Assembly (NCBI GenBank): GCA_041662065.1
Contig: JBAZTE010000004.1
Coordinates: 197,620 to 261,619, forward strand
DNA length: 64,000 bases
Direction of reading: 5' to 3'
Source: Bacteroidales bacterium
GTDB lineage: Bacteria > Bacteroidota > Bacteroidia > Bacteroidales > UBA12481
In this document: positions 17,044 to 26,413 of the stretch, one piece after another
Layout: each line of letters opens with the position of its first letter
Numbering within the stretch: position 1 is the first letter of the stretch
Notes under the pieces: generated by a model
Database searches by the model: none
Seen by the model: the letters and a program-made list of their open reading frames with translations, nothing else
Told to the model about the DNA's origin: nothing
Translations under genes and position numbers: made by a program

Positions 17044-18423
17044 ATGAATAAAGAAGAAATTTTACATATCATTAAACAAGGCGAAAGTGAAAGAATAGAG
17101 TTTAAAACTTCTTTCGGTAAAGAAGTTATTGAAAGTATTGTTGCTTTCTCAAATGCAAAAGGTGGGAAAGTAATTGTCGGGGTAAATGATAATAAGAATA
17201 TTGGCGGAATTACTGTTTCTGATGAAAGCATCCAAATTTGGCTGAATCAAATCAAACAGAATACCAATCCGCAAGTTATTCCGGACGTGCAAATTTTTGA
17301 GTTAAACAACAGGAACACTGTTGTTTTCGATGTCATGGAATATCCAATAAAGCCAGTTGCCTACCGAAATAAATACTTCAAACGAATTGCCAATTCGAAC
17401 CATTTAATGAGTCTCGATGAGATTACAAATGAACATCTCAAAACAATAAACAGTAGTTGGGATTTTTATCCGGATCCTAATCACGGTATCGAGCATATTT
17501 CGTCTGAAAAAATCAAACATTTTATCAGTAAAATAGAACAAAGGACTCAAAGCAAAATTGAACTTTCGCCTTTTGATTTCCTTACCAGGTTAGAAATCAT
17601 CCGTAACAATCAACTTTCCTTCGGCGGCTATTTACTGTTTGCAAAAGATTATTGCATGATCAGCGATGTTCAGGTTGGTCGTTTTAAAAGCGAAATAACC
17701 ATTATTGACAGCATCACATTAAACGCCGATTTGCTGACGGAAACCGATGAAATTATCGCTTTCATTAAAAAGCACTTAATGGTTGAATACATCATTACAG
17801 GCGAGCCTCAACGGACCGAACGCTTTGATTATCCTCTCGATGCCATACGCGAAATTGTTATCAATATGATTGTGCATCGCGATTATAGGGATAGTAGTGC
17901 GAGTATTATAAAAATTTTTGACAATCGAATTGAATTTTATAATCCGGGAAACTTATATGGAGGCATAACAATTGAAGACCTGCTTTCAGGAAATTACAGT
18001 TCAAAAACACGAAACAAATTAATAGCAAGGGCATTTAAAGAAATCGGACTGATTGAACGTTACGGTTCTGGAATCATGCGGGTACGCAGAATTTGTAAAG
18101 AGTTTGGCATTAATGAACCGAAATTTGAAGAAATATTTGACGGATTTAAAGTGACTCTCTTCAAACAAAAGCTAAATGTCACAAATGTCGGTAAAGATGT
18201 CGGTAAAGATGTCGGTAAAGATGTCGGTAAAGAGTTGACTGGAAGTATAGCAGAAGTATTTAAGTTAATACATCTTAAGCCAGAGATAACAATTCCTGAA
18301 ATTGCAGTGATTACAAAATACACGCAAAGAACTGTTGAAAGAGATATATCGCACTTAAAAGAGTTAAATTTGATTAAGCGACTTGGAGGTCGAAAAGAGG
18401 GCAAATGGGAGATTGCTCAGTAG
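17044..18423 (+). CDS. AlbA_2 (Schlafen-type divergent AAA) / HATPase_c_4 / C-terminal wHTH protein
   Basis: ESERIEFKTSFGKEVIESIVAFSNAKGGKVIVGV (AlbA_2); a central REIVINMIVHRDY; C-terminal ..TQRTVERDISHLKELNLIKRLG (HTH). Confidence 0.75.
   Translation: MNKEEILHIIKQGESERIEFKTSFGKEVIESIVAFSNAKGGKVIVGVNDNKNIGGITVSDESIQIWLNQIKQNTNPQVIPDVQIFELNNRNTVVFDVMEYPIKPVAYRNKYFKRIANSNHLMSLDEITNEHLKTINSSWDFYPDPNHGIEHISSEKIKHFISKIEQRTQSKIELSPFDFLTRLEIIRNNQLSFGGYLLFAKDYCMISDVQVGRFKSEITIIDSITLNADLLTETDEIIAFIKKHLMVEYIITGEPQRTERFDYPLDAIREIVINMIVHRDYRDSSASIIKIFDNRIEFYNPGNLYGGITIEDLLSGNYSSKTRNKLIARAFKEIGLIERYGSGIMRVRRICKEFGINEPKFEEIFDGFKVTLFKQKLNVTNVGKDVGKDVGKDVGKELTGSIAEVFKLIHLKPEITIPEIAVITKYTQRTVERDISHLKELNLIKRLGGRKEGKWEIAQ
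18187..18234 (+). repeat. 12-nt tandem repeat GTCGGTAAAGAT x4 (VGKD)n in the inter-domain linker
   Basis: Three exact units plus GTCGGTAAAGAG. Confidence 0.8.
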
Positions 18424-18618
18424 ACTCTCCTTAATGCCTTCGATTAAATACAAGGGAATTCGTAGAGTTATTCTTGACACTAATTTCTTGACCTTCAGAA
18501 TTGCAGTTTGAATCAGACGCTGTCAACCGACACTTCGACTCCGCTCAGCGTCCGCAACCGGCACCAATGCTCTCTTCAATTAGCATATTATCATATTAGC
18601 TCATTAGCATATTAAAAA

Positions 18619-19152
18619 ATGCTTGATACTCTCGTTACTAGTAAAACCCGCCTTAAGCTTATCCTGAAATTCTTTCTTAATCCATGCAGTTCTGCGTATC
18701 TGCGTGGGTTAGCCGAGGAGTTCGGGGAGAGCAGTAATGCGGTCCGTTTGGAGCTGAACCGTTTCGAAGAAGCGGGGCTCCTGGAGTCGGAGGCCGACGG
18801 TAATAAGAAATTGTACCGCGCTAACCTGAAACATCCGCTGTATAACGACATCCATAGCATCATCCGCAAAACAATCGGGATCGACCAGATTGTCGTTGAG
18901 GTGGTAGCCAAATTGGGTGATGTGGAGGAGGCTTACATAACCGGCGATTTTGCAGTGGGGAAAAATGGAAAGACTGTTGATATCCTATTGATTGGCACGG
19001 AGATACATAAAGATTTTCTGCTTAAACTGATCGATAAAGCCGAAGCACTCATCAAACGCAAAATACGGTACCTGATTCTCACACCTGCCGAAGCAACTGT
19101 CCACCTCGGGAACGGGAACGGGGCCATGTTGATTTGGCGTAGGGACGCCTAA
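18619..19152 (+). CDS. winged-helix (ArsR-like) transcriptional regulator with a C-terminal nucleotidyltransferase-like domain
   Basis: SSAYLRGLAEEFGESSNAVRLELNRFEEAGLL is an HTH pattern. Lies directly upstream of wza-like genes. Confidence 0.55.
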   Translation: MLDTLVTSKTRLKLILKFFLNPCSSAYLRGLAEEFGESSNAVRLELNRFEEAGLLESEADGNKKLYRANLKHPLYNDIHSIIRKTIGIDQIVVEVVAKLGDVEEAYITGDFAVGKNGKTVDILLIGTEIHKDFLLKLIDKAEALIKRKIRYLILTPAEATVHLGNGNGAMLIWRRDA

Positions 19153-19199
19153 TTGCGTCCATAATGGAGCTTGCACAAAAAGGGAATTGGGACAAAAAG

Positions 19200-19290
19200 C
19201 CCCAGCCTGAAGGCTGGGGTTAGTAAACTCTGCCGAAGTTAACCAAGTCAAATCGACAGACTTCACTAACCCCATGGCTTTAGCCTGGGG
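19200..19290. repeat. second copy of the CCCCAGCCTGAAGGCTGGGGTTAGT composite hairpin element
   Basis: 19200-19235 and 19255-19290 are inverted units homologous to 1741-1880. Confidence 0.65.
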
Positions 19291-19340
19291 ATTGCCCCCC
19301 CTGCGAATTAGTTTATAAAAAGAACATAACAACGTTTTAT

Positions 19341-22300
19341 ATGAAATCACACAATCTCAGAATGCCACTTTATTATATTTTGGCATTGGTTGTATCTTTC
19401 CTTTTGGCAGCATCACCCGCTTTAGAGGCTCAAACCGTTTCACCTGCCATGATGCAAATGGTACAAGGAGAATTGAAAAAACGAGGCCTGACTGAAACGG
19501 AGGTACGCACCAGGTTGCTGCAAAAAGGAATTGATCTGGAGAAGGTTCCTCCGGCTGAGTTGCCTCAATATCAGGCGCGGGTAACCGCAGTATTGGATGA
19601 GCTTGAGGCAGAAAAAAAAGCAGGGGCAAAAACGGCTCCTGTACAAACAGCCACAGGTCAGCCCATCAATATTAATGTCGGGAATACCGGCACGGCAACC
19701 GACTCGACAAAAGTTGCTGCGGTTCCGGTGACCACTCCCAAGGAAGCAGCGGCTGAAGCTTCTCAACGTGTCATTCAAGCGGAAGCGGTGAAAAAAGAAG
19801 GACCTTCAACCATTTACGGTCATTCACTATTCACCGACCATTCTCTGGATGTTTTCCGTACCACCGACGGTGCACAGGCTCCTGACACATACGTACTTGG
19901 CGAAGGAGATGAAATCCACATCTCCATTTTCGGAGCTTCTCAAACTGATATTCAGCAACGGATTTCTCCCGATGGATTCATCCAACCTACCGGAGTCGCC
20001 AAAATATTTCTGAAAGGCTTAGCTCTTGCGCAGGCTCGCGAAGTGATCAAGAAAAATTTATCCGCAGCCTATTTATTCAGAGGAGACCAATTAGCCGTCA
20101 CCATCGTAACCGCCAGAACCATCATGGTCAACGTATTTGGGGAAGCCAGAATAACCGGGGGATTTAATCTGTCAGCGCTTAACTCCGCATTTAACGCCTT
20201 GTCGGCTGCAGGAGGTCCAACCGATATTGGGTCAGTCCGTGAAATTCAGTTGATCCGGGGAAATGAGCGGAAGACCATTGATGTTTACGCTTTTATGAAT
20301 GATCCGGCTATACAGTTTAAATTCGATCTTCAGAATAACGACATTCTGTTCGTTCCGATCATCAAAAAGCTGGTCAGTATTGAAGGTGCAGTTAACAGAC
20401 CCATGTCATATGAAATGCTGGCCAGCGAAACGCTGACCGACCTGATTCGATTTGCCGGCGGATTAAAGATGAACGTTTATCCCGATTTCGTGCAAATCCA
20501 ACGGTATGTTAACGGGGAAGAGAAATTGATGGAGTGGAATCTGTCAGAAGTCAGTTCCGGTAAAATTCAGGTACCGCTATTGAATGGAGATGTCATTCGC
20601 ATTAAATCAGTCGGAAAACCCATGGATCAATATGTGGATGTAGAAGGTAGTGTCTACTACCCGGGTCGTTTCGACTTGTTGGCAAATCCAACCCTTAGCA
20701 GCCTGCTCAAAAAAGCCAAACCAACGTATCAGGCTAAAACAGATATCCTGTTTGTTGAACGTACCCGGCCCGATGAAACGGTTGAATTACTGACATTGCC
20801 TTTCCCGGAAACAGAAACCGGGGCAAATGATTTTGTGCTTCAAGCCCGTGATCGCATTCGTATTATGGATCAGGCAACTTATCGCGATGTGTCTACCATC
20901 ATCGTGACCGGACAGGTTCGGCAACCTTTCGAAAAAACCTTTTCACTAACCGATCGCCTTACCGTGAAAGAAGCCATCGAACTGGCCGGCGGTTTAAAAA
21001 ACAGTGCTTATCCAATAGCCTATATATTGAGACGCAACCTGTTCAACCCGGTTGAAATGAAGTACATCCGCATCGAATTAAGTAGTTCTGATGGTTTTCA
21101 GTTACAACCAGGTGACCAACTTAATATTTTCGACAATACCAGTTTTACCGATGTTGGCGAAGTCAGCGTTTTGGGTGCCGTAAGACAGCCGTTTAAAAAG
21201 ACATTTGCCGTTACCGACCGGCTTACTATTAAACAGGCTATCGAGATTGCAGGTGGCGTAAAAGCCACCGTTTACCCTGTTGCCTATATTTTCAGACGTA
21301 ACCTGATCAACCCGGTCGAAGTGAAATACATCCGAATCGATTTGAGCCTGGCTGACAACATGGAACTGCAAGCAGGGGACCAACTGAATATCTATGACAA
21401 TACCACTTACACTAATGTTGGTGAGTTAACGGTATTTGGAGCTGTTAAAAACCCGAATGGTTTTACGTATGATCCTTCAATGACCGTTCGTGATCTCCTG
21501 ACCAATGCCGGTGGATTCAACGTTGGAGCGGCTTTCGATAGGGTAGAGGTCTTCCGCCTCATTTTCTCTACAACAGAGAAGACAAAACTCGAATTGATCA
21601 CCCTGCAGGTGGATTCAAGCTACCAGGTTGTAAGTCCGAAGGATTTTAAACTGCAACCTTATGACCAGGTCATTGTCCGATTGACTCCTGAATTTACCCT
21701 GGGTCGTACCGTTGAACTTTCCGGTCAGGTGAAATACCCCGGCAAGTATGTGTTAGAATCCAAACAAACAACGTTCAGCGATGTCGTTATCATGGCAGGC
21801 GGTTTGCTCGATGATGCCGATCCGTATGGCACCAGGTTGTTTCGTACTTACAACAACCGTGGTAATATCAGCATGAACCTGAGGGCGGCAATGACTCATA
21901 AAGGTAATATCTCTAAAAACCCGATCCTGTTCGAAGGAGATGTAATCAATATCAATCGCCTTGAAAATACCGTATCCATCCTTGAGAACGGTACCCGCAT
22001 GGCACAATATTCGGTTAATCCGGAAAACCATGCGATCAGAAATATCGTTTTTCAGGGACCGAACTCGGCAGCTTGGTACATACGGAATTATGCAGGTGGT
22101 TTTTTGAAGGAAGCCGACCGCAACAGTGTCACCGTAACTCTTCCCAATAATCAAATGGTATCCACCAAGCGGTTTTTATTTTTCAGGGACTATCCTACGG
22201 TGAAATCCGGATCAACGATTACGCTGCAAATGAAACCGCCAAAAGTAGAAACAGCACCGGCAGAAAAAAAGAAAGTTGACTGGGACGCCATCTGGACTAA

Positions 22301-22361
22301 AACTTTAGCATTTTCGACAACCATGGTCACTCTCTTAGTATTATACACACAGCTCAAATAA
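19341..22361 (+). CDS. polysaccharide export outer-membrane protein, Wza-like with multiple SLBB domains (copy 1)
   Basis: 1006 aa with a signal peptide, a Poly_export-like YVLGEGDEIHISIFG, repeated SLBB modules and a C-terminal hydrophobic helix. Confidence 0.85.
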   Translation: MKSHNLRMPLYYILALVVSFLLAASPALEAQTVSPAMMQMVQGELKKRGLTETEVRTRLLQKGIDLEKVPPAELPQYQARVTAVLDELEAEKKAGAKTAPVQTATGQPININVGNTGTATDSTKVAAVPVTTPKEAAAEASQRVIQAEAVKKEGPSTIYGHSLFTDHSLDVFRTTDGAQAPDTYVLGEGDEIHISIFGASQTDIQQRISPDGFIQPTGVAKIFLKGLALAQAREVIKKNLSAAYLFRGDQLAVTIVTARTIMVNVFGEARITGGFNLSALNSAFNALSAAGGPTDIGSVREIQLIRGNERKTIDVYAFMNDPAIQFKFDLQNNDILFVPIIKKLVSIEGAVNRPMSYEMLASETLTDLIRFAGGLKMNVYPDFVQIQRYVNGEEKLMEWNLSEVSSGKIQVPLLNGDVIRIKSVGKPMDQYVDVEGSVYYPGRFDLLANPTLSSLLKKAKPTYQAKTDILFVERTRPDETVELLTLPFPETETGANDFVLQARDRIRIMDQATYRDVSTIIVTGQVRQPFEKTFSLTDRLTVKEAIELAGGLKNSAYPIAYILRRNLFNPVEMKYIRIELSSSDGFQLQPGDQLNIFDNTSFTDVGEVSVLGAVRQPFKKTFAVTDRLTIKQAIEIAGGVKATVYPVAYIFRRNLINPVEVKYIRIDLSLADNMELQAGDQLNIYDNTTYTNVGELTVFGAVKNPNGFTYDPSMTVRDLLTNAGGFNVGAAFDRVEVFRLIFSTTEKTKLELITLQVDSSYQVVSPKDFKLQPYDQVIVRLTPEFTLGRTVELSGQVKYPGKYVLESKQTTFSDVVIMAGGLLDDADPYGTRLFRTYNNRGNISMNLRAAMTHKGNISKNPILFEGDVININRLENTVSILENGTRMAQYSVNPENHAIRNIVFQGPNSAAWYIRNYAGGFLKEADRNSVTVTLPNNQMVSTKRFLFFRDYPTVKSGSTITLQMKPPKVETAPAEKKKVDWDAIWTKTLAFSTTMVTLLVLYTQLK

Positions 22362-22426
22362 TCAGTTGGTCCAATATTTATTCGTGCTAATCTGGGTATA
22401 ATTCTTTATTCTTTAACTTTTATAAA

Positions 22427-23536
22427 ATGACCGAACAACAGATACAACCAGTTATGGAAAACGAGGACGAAATAGACTTGCTTAAACTGGTCAAAACTAT
22501 TTGGAACGGACGTAAAACCCTTTTGATTTCACTTTTTGCCGGAACCATTCTGGGAGTCTTCATAGCAAGGTATTCACCTAAAGAATACACGGCTACGACA
22601 GTCATGGTGCCACAAACTGGCGCCAGAGGTCAGTCTCAACTGGGTGGATTGGCTGCATTGGCAGGTTTGAGCCTTAATAGTGAGCAAAGTTCAGAATTAT
22701 CCCCATTCATTTACCCCACCATTGTAAGGAGCATACCTTTCAAACTTGAATTGATGAATGCTCTAATCAAGTGCAGTGATTTTAAACAACCAGTTTCACT
22801 TTTTGACTATTACAGCAGAAAACGGAAACCGTCGATAATTGGTGCGGTAAAAAAATATACCATCGGACTTCCTGGTGTTATTATCGGTGCTTTCAAAAGA
22901 AAACAAAAGGAATTGGTACTCCCAAATGTTTCATCTAATGACCTCATTCATCTTACCGGAGCTCAAAATGCTGTAAAGAATGCGTTGGATGGAGCTATTT
23001 CATTGGAGATAAGTTCAAAGCAAGGTTTGATTACACTTAATGTTCGAATGGCTGAAGCTTTGGCCGCAGCTCAAGTTGCGCAAATAGCACAAAGTTTGCT
23101 TCAACGTTACATCACCGAATTCAGGATAAAAAAGGCCCAAGCCGACCTTGATTTCATTCAGGAGCGTTACATAGTAGCCAAGGCCGAAGCAGAAAAATAC
23201 CAAGTCAATGTGGCGCTAAATACAGACCGTTCTAAGAATTTTACCAGCAGTTTGCCCCAGGTTGAAAACGCCAGAACCCTAACCTTGTACTCTATTGCCA
23301 GCAGTGTTTTCCAGGATTTGGCAAGACAACTCGAGCAAGCCAAAATTCAGGTTAAAAAAGACACACCCGTGTTTACTATCATTGAACCGGTTAGCATACC
23401 GATTACGACATCCAAACCACAAAAAGTCAAGATAATATCGATCTGGGTATTTTTAGGTGGTATGGTCGGTCTGGGATGGATTTTCGGAAAGCATTATCTT
23501 CCTGGCTTGCGAAAAAAATGGTCAGAAGTTGAATAA
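22427..23536 (+). CDS. Wzz-type chain-length determinant protein without a kinase domain (copy 1)
   Basis: 369 aa with N- and C-terminal TM helices, a coiled-coil middle and a PxxP-like C-terminus (EPVSIPITTSKP). Confidence 0.8.
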   Translation: MTEQQIQPVMENEDEIDLLKLVKTIWNGRKTLLISLFAGTILGVFIARYSPKEYTATTVMVPQTGARGQSQLGGLAALAGLSLNSEQSSELSPFIYPTIVRSIPFKLELMNALIKCSDFKQPVSLFDYYSRKRKPSIIGAVKKYTIGLPGVIIGAFKRKQKELVLPNVSSNDLIHLTGAQNAVKNALDGAISLEISSKQGLITLNVRMAEALAAAQVAQIAQSLLQRYITEFRIKKAQADLDFIQERYIVAKAEAEKYQVNVALNTDRSKNFTSSLPQVENARTLTLYSIASSVFQDLARQLEQAKIQVKKDTPVFTIIEPVSIPITTSKPQKVKIISIWVFLGGMVGLGWIFGKHYLPGLRKKWSEVE

Positions 23537-23573
23537 CTTGCAACTTGCAACCTGCAACCTGCAACCTGCAACA
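23537..23573 (+). repeat. GCAACCN heptamer array (about 5 units)
   Basis: CTTGCAA CTTGCAA CCTGCAA CCTGCAA CCTGCAA starts on the base after the wzz stop. Confidence 0.85.
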
Positions 23574-23581
23574 CTCTTACT

Positions 23582-25936
23582 ATGAAATATAAATACTTCT
23601 TATTAGCCCTCCTTCTCCTTGGAGCGCTCTCTTTCCCGCAATTCTCTCCGGCGCAGGAAATACAGAACGTAAAAGTCTCTGAGCTCACCGATGCCCAGAT
23701 CAAGCAATTGATGTCGGAGGTTTCGAAGCTTGGGATGTCGATGGAGGATGCGGCTGCACTGGCAAAGATGCGGGGTGCAACCGATGCACAGATCAAGGAT
23801 CTGATGGGACGAATTCTGACCATGAATCAGGCAAAGGAGAAAGACAGCACTCTGACGAACAAGGCTCAAGGCTCAAGGCTCAAGAATGAAGATTTAATGA
23901 AGAAAGAGAGGATAGGTAAGAAAGAGAAGAAAGAGGTGGATTCAATCGGAGTTGAGCGGAGGATCTTCGGTTTCGATTTGTTTAATAATGAGAACCTTAC
24001 TTTTGAACCCAGTGTAAACATCCAGACTCCCAAAGAGTATGTCATTGGTATCGGGGATGAGTTCATCATAAACATCTGGGGAGGATCCGAAGCACTTTAC
24101 CAATCAAAGGTGGACAAGAACGGCGCTATTCAGATTCCACAGATCGGGCCGATCTACGTGAACGGATTGTCCTATGAGGTGGCTGAATCCTTGATTCGCA
24201 AACGCCTGGCCAGTATTCACAACGGATTGGCAGGACTCAATCCCAATACTTATGCCATCGTTAATCTCGGTGGTCTTCGAAGTATTCAGATTACCGTGGT
24301 GGGCGATGTCATGACCCCTGGTACCTATACGTTACCGGCAACAGCGTCGCTCTTCAATGCCTTATACCAATCGGGTGGCCCCAATAAAACAGGTTCCTTC
24401 CGGGACATCCGGTTGATTCGAAATGGAAAGATATTGAGACACATAGATATTTACAATTTCCTGGTCAATGCCGATGCAACCGATAATATTCCATTGCGGG
24501 ACCAGGATGTAGTCTTTATTCCCACCTATCAAAAACGGGTCAGTGCCGATGGAGAATTCCTGCGTAATGGACTTTTTGAAATGAAAGGTCAGGAAACGCT
24601 TGGTGACCTGATTCATTTTACAGGCGGATTCACCAATAAAGCATTTCAATTCCAGGTAGCTGTCAATCGCAGAACTTCAACCGAAATGAAATTGCAGGAT
24701 ATCGATCCCGCAAGTTGGGGAAGTTTTGTCATGGAAAACGGGGATTCGGTAAAAGTGGGGAACATTCTGGACCGTTATGCTAACCGGGTTAAGATCGGGG
24801 GAGCCGTATTCCGTCCGGGTACGTTCGAACTGGTGAATGGCATGACGCTTCTTGATTTGATCACTAAAGCCGGAGGACTAAAGGAAGATGCCTACCTCAA
24901 CCGGGGCCAGATTCTCCGGTTAAAGGATAACGGCGATACGTTGTCAGTTGCTTTTGATGTGGCCAGTGTTTCTGCAGGAATTGAAACCGTTCCGTTATTT
25001 CGCGAAGACTCGGTATCCATAAAAACGGGTGTGGAATTGCGCGAAGAATATTATGTTGAAATACAGGGAGAAGTGAATAATCCGGGCGAGAAATCCTATT
25101 ACGATAATATGACGGTTCAGGATTTGGTATACCTGGCAGGAGGGTTTAAGGAGAGCGCCGATGTTAACGTGATCGAAATCGCCAGACGCCTGACTCATGA
25201 TGAAGCTGCTATACTGAGTGATTCGCTGGGTCATGTATTCACCGTCAGCGTACCCAGAGATTTAAAACCCGGGACCGATGATTCCAGATTTATTCTACGA
25301 CCATTTGATCTCGTATCGGTTAGAAAGGCTCAGGGTTACAGGGATCAGGGAAGTGTTGCTGTATCGGGTGAAGTACTCTATGCCGGTTATTATTCAATAA
25401 AGAGCAGGCAAAACCGGATCAGCGACCTGATCAAATGGTCAGGTGGACTGACCCCCGATGCCTATGTGGATGCAGCCAGACTATATAAAACAGATTCGAT
25501 TCCGGTTGGGATTGACCTTAAAAAGATATTGATTGATCACGGCAGCCGGCTGAATATGATTCTGGATCCAGGGGATTCCCTGTATATTCCCAAACAGCCG
25601 CAAATAGTCAATATCGTTGGTCAGGTACAAAAACCCTTTGCAAATACCTTTATTCCGAATAAGGGAGTCAAGTATTATGTTAAAAATGCAGGGGGATGGG
25701 CAGAATCTCCGGCTAAAAGAAGCATTTACGTGACCTATCCGGACGGGAGTTCCGACAACACCCGGACTTTTATCGTCCATCGTTATCCTCCGATCAAGCC
25801 AGGAAGTACAATCGTCATACCAAAAGAACCCGTAAAACCTCCTAAACCCGACAGAACAGCCGTCTGGCTGGCACTGGCCAGTACCATGTCTTCTATTGCA
25901 CTGACACTGGTGACGATATTGAATTTGACGAAGTAG
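23582..25936 (+). CDS. polysaccharide export protein, Wza-like with SLBB domains (copy 2)
   Basis: 784 aa with a signal peptide, YVIGIGDEFIINIWG, SLBB modules and a C-terminal helix. Confidence 0.85.
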   Translation: MKYKYFLLALLLLGALSFPQFSPAQEIQNVKVSELTDAQIKQLMSEVSKLGMSMEDAAALAKMRGATDAQIKDLMGRILTMNQAKEKDSTLTNKAQGSRLKNEDLMKKERIGKKEKKEVDSIGVERRIFGFDLFNNENLTFEPSVNIQTPKEYVIGIGDEFIINIWGGSEALYQSKVDKNGAIQIPQIGPIYVNGLSYEVAESLIRKRLASIHNGLAGLNPNTYAIVNLGGLRSIQITVVGDVMTPGTYTLPATASLFNALYQSGGPNKTGSFRDIRLIRNGKILRHIDIYNFLVNADATDNIPLRDQDVVFIPTYQKRVSADGEFLRNGLFEMKGQETLGDLIHFTGGFTNKAFQFQVAVNRRTSTEMKLQDIDPASWGSFVMENGDSVKVGNILDRYANRVKIGGAVFRPGTFELVNGMTLLDLITKAGGLKEDAYLNRGQILRLKDNGDTLSVAFDVASVSAGIETVPLFREDSVSIKTGVELREEYYVEIQGEVNNPGEKSYYDNMTVQDLVYLAGGFKESADVNVIEIARRLTHDEAAILSDSLGHVFTVSVPRDLKPGTDDSRFILRPFDLVSVRKAQGYRDQGSVAVSGEVLYAGYYSIKSRQNRISDLIKWSGGLTPDAYVDAARLYKTDSIPVGIDLKKILIDHGSRLNMILDPGDSLYIPKQPQIVNIVGQVQKPFANTFIPNKGVKYYVKNAGGWAESPAKRSIYVTYPDGSSDNTRTFIVHRYPPIKPGSTIVIPKEPVKPPKPDRTAVWLALASTMSSIALTLVTILNLTK
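23860..23884 (+). repeat. heptamer array (CAAGGCT)x3.5 inside wza copy 2
   Basis: CAAGGCTCAAGGCTCAAGGCTCAAG is read as (K)AQGSRLK. Confidence 0.8.
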
Positions 25937-25952
25937 GGAAGAGGGGGAGGAT

Positions 25953-26036
25953 GCGGGTTGCTGGTTGCTGGTTGCTGGTTGCTGGTTGCTGGTTGCAAGT
26001 TGCTGGTTGCAAGTTGCGGGTTGCTGGTTGTGGGTT
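25953..26036 (-). repeat. GCAACCN heptamer array, complement orientation (about 12 units)
   Basis: GCGGGTTGCTGGTTGCTGG...GTTGTGGGTT. Ends at the stop codon of the four-helix-bundle gene. Confidence 0.9.
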
Positions 26037-26400
26037 AGGTACGCCAGTTGTCTTCGACGTATTGGATGAAGTTATTTATTTGCTTACCAAGACCTTCATA
26101 TTCTGATATTAACTCATCAATTGGGTGTTGTTCAAAATGCAGAATATTTATCAAGTCCAACTGCGACATGGATTCATCACATGACGCTTGGGCAAAAATG
26201 AGATATCTTATAAATTCCATTTTGTACCGTCTCCGACCATAACCTTCGGCGATATTATCCTTAATGCTTTTAGATGATCTCCGAACCTGACTCCCCTGCT
26301 CATACATTTCATATTTAGGTAATGTCATGGTCATATGATGAACACGAATGGCCAGATTAAAAGCCTTTTGGTAAATCTCCAAATCTCTAAAACTTTTCAT
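26035..26400 (-). CDS. four-helix-bundle protein (23S rRNA intervening-sequence protein family)
   Basis: MKSFRDLEIYQKAFNLAIRVHHMT..LPKYEMYEQGSQVRRSSKSIKDNIAEGYGRR is the family signature. The ORF-track N-terminal extension to 26505 only translates the repeat array. Confidence 0.85.
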   Translation of the reverse strand: MKSFRDLEIYQKAFNLAIRVHHMTMTLPKYEMYEQGSQVRRSSKSIKDNIAEGYGRRRYKMEFIRYLIFAQASCDESMSQLDLINILHFEQHPIDELISEYEGLGKQINNFIQYVEDNWRT

Positions 26401-26413
26401 AGTATCTATTTTT

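Noticed and set aside
18560-18618. Direct repeats ATTAGCATATTA (x2) upstream of the wHTH regulator as an operator
   Set aside because: There are only two short AT-rich copies with no dyad symmetry. This is too weak to call without comparative data.
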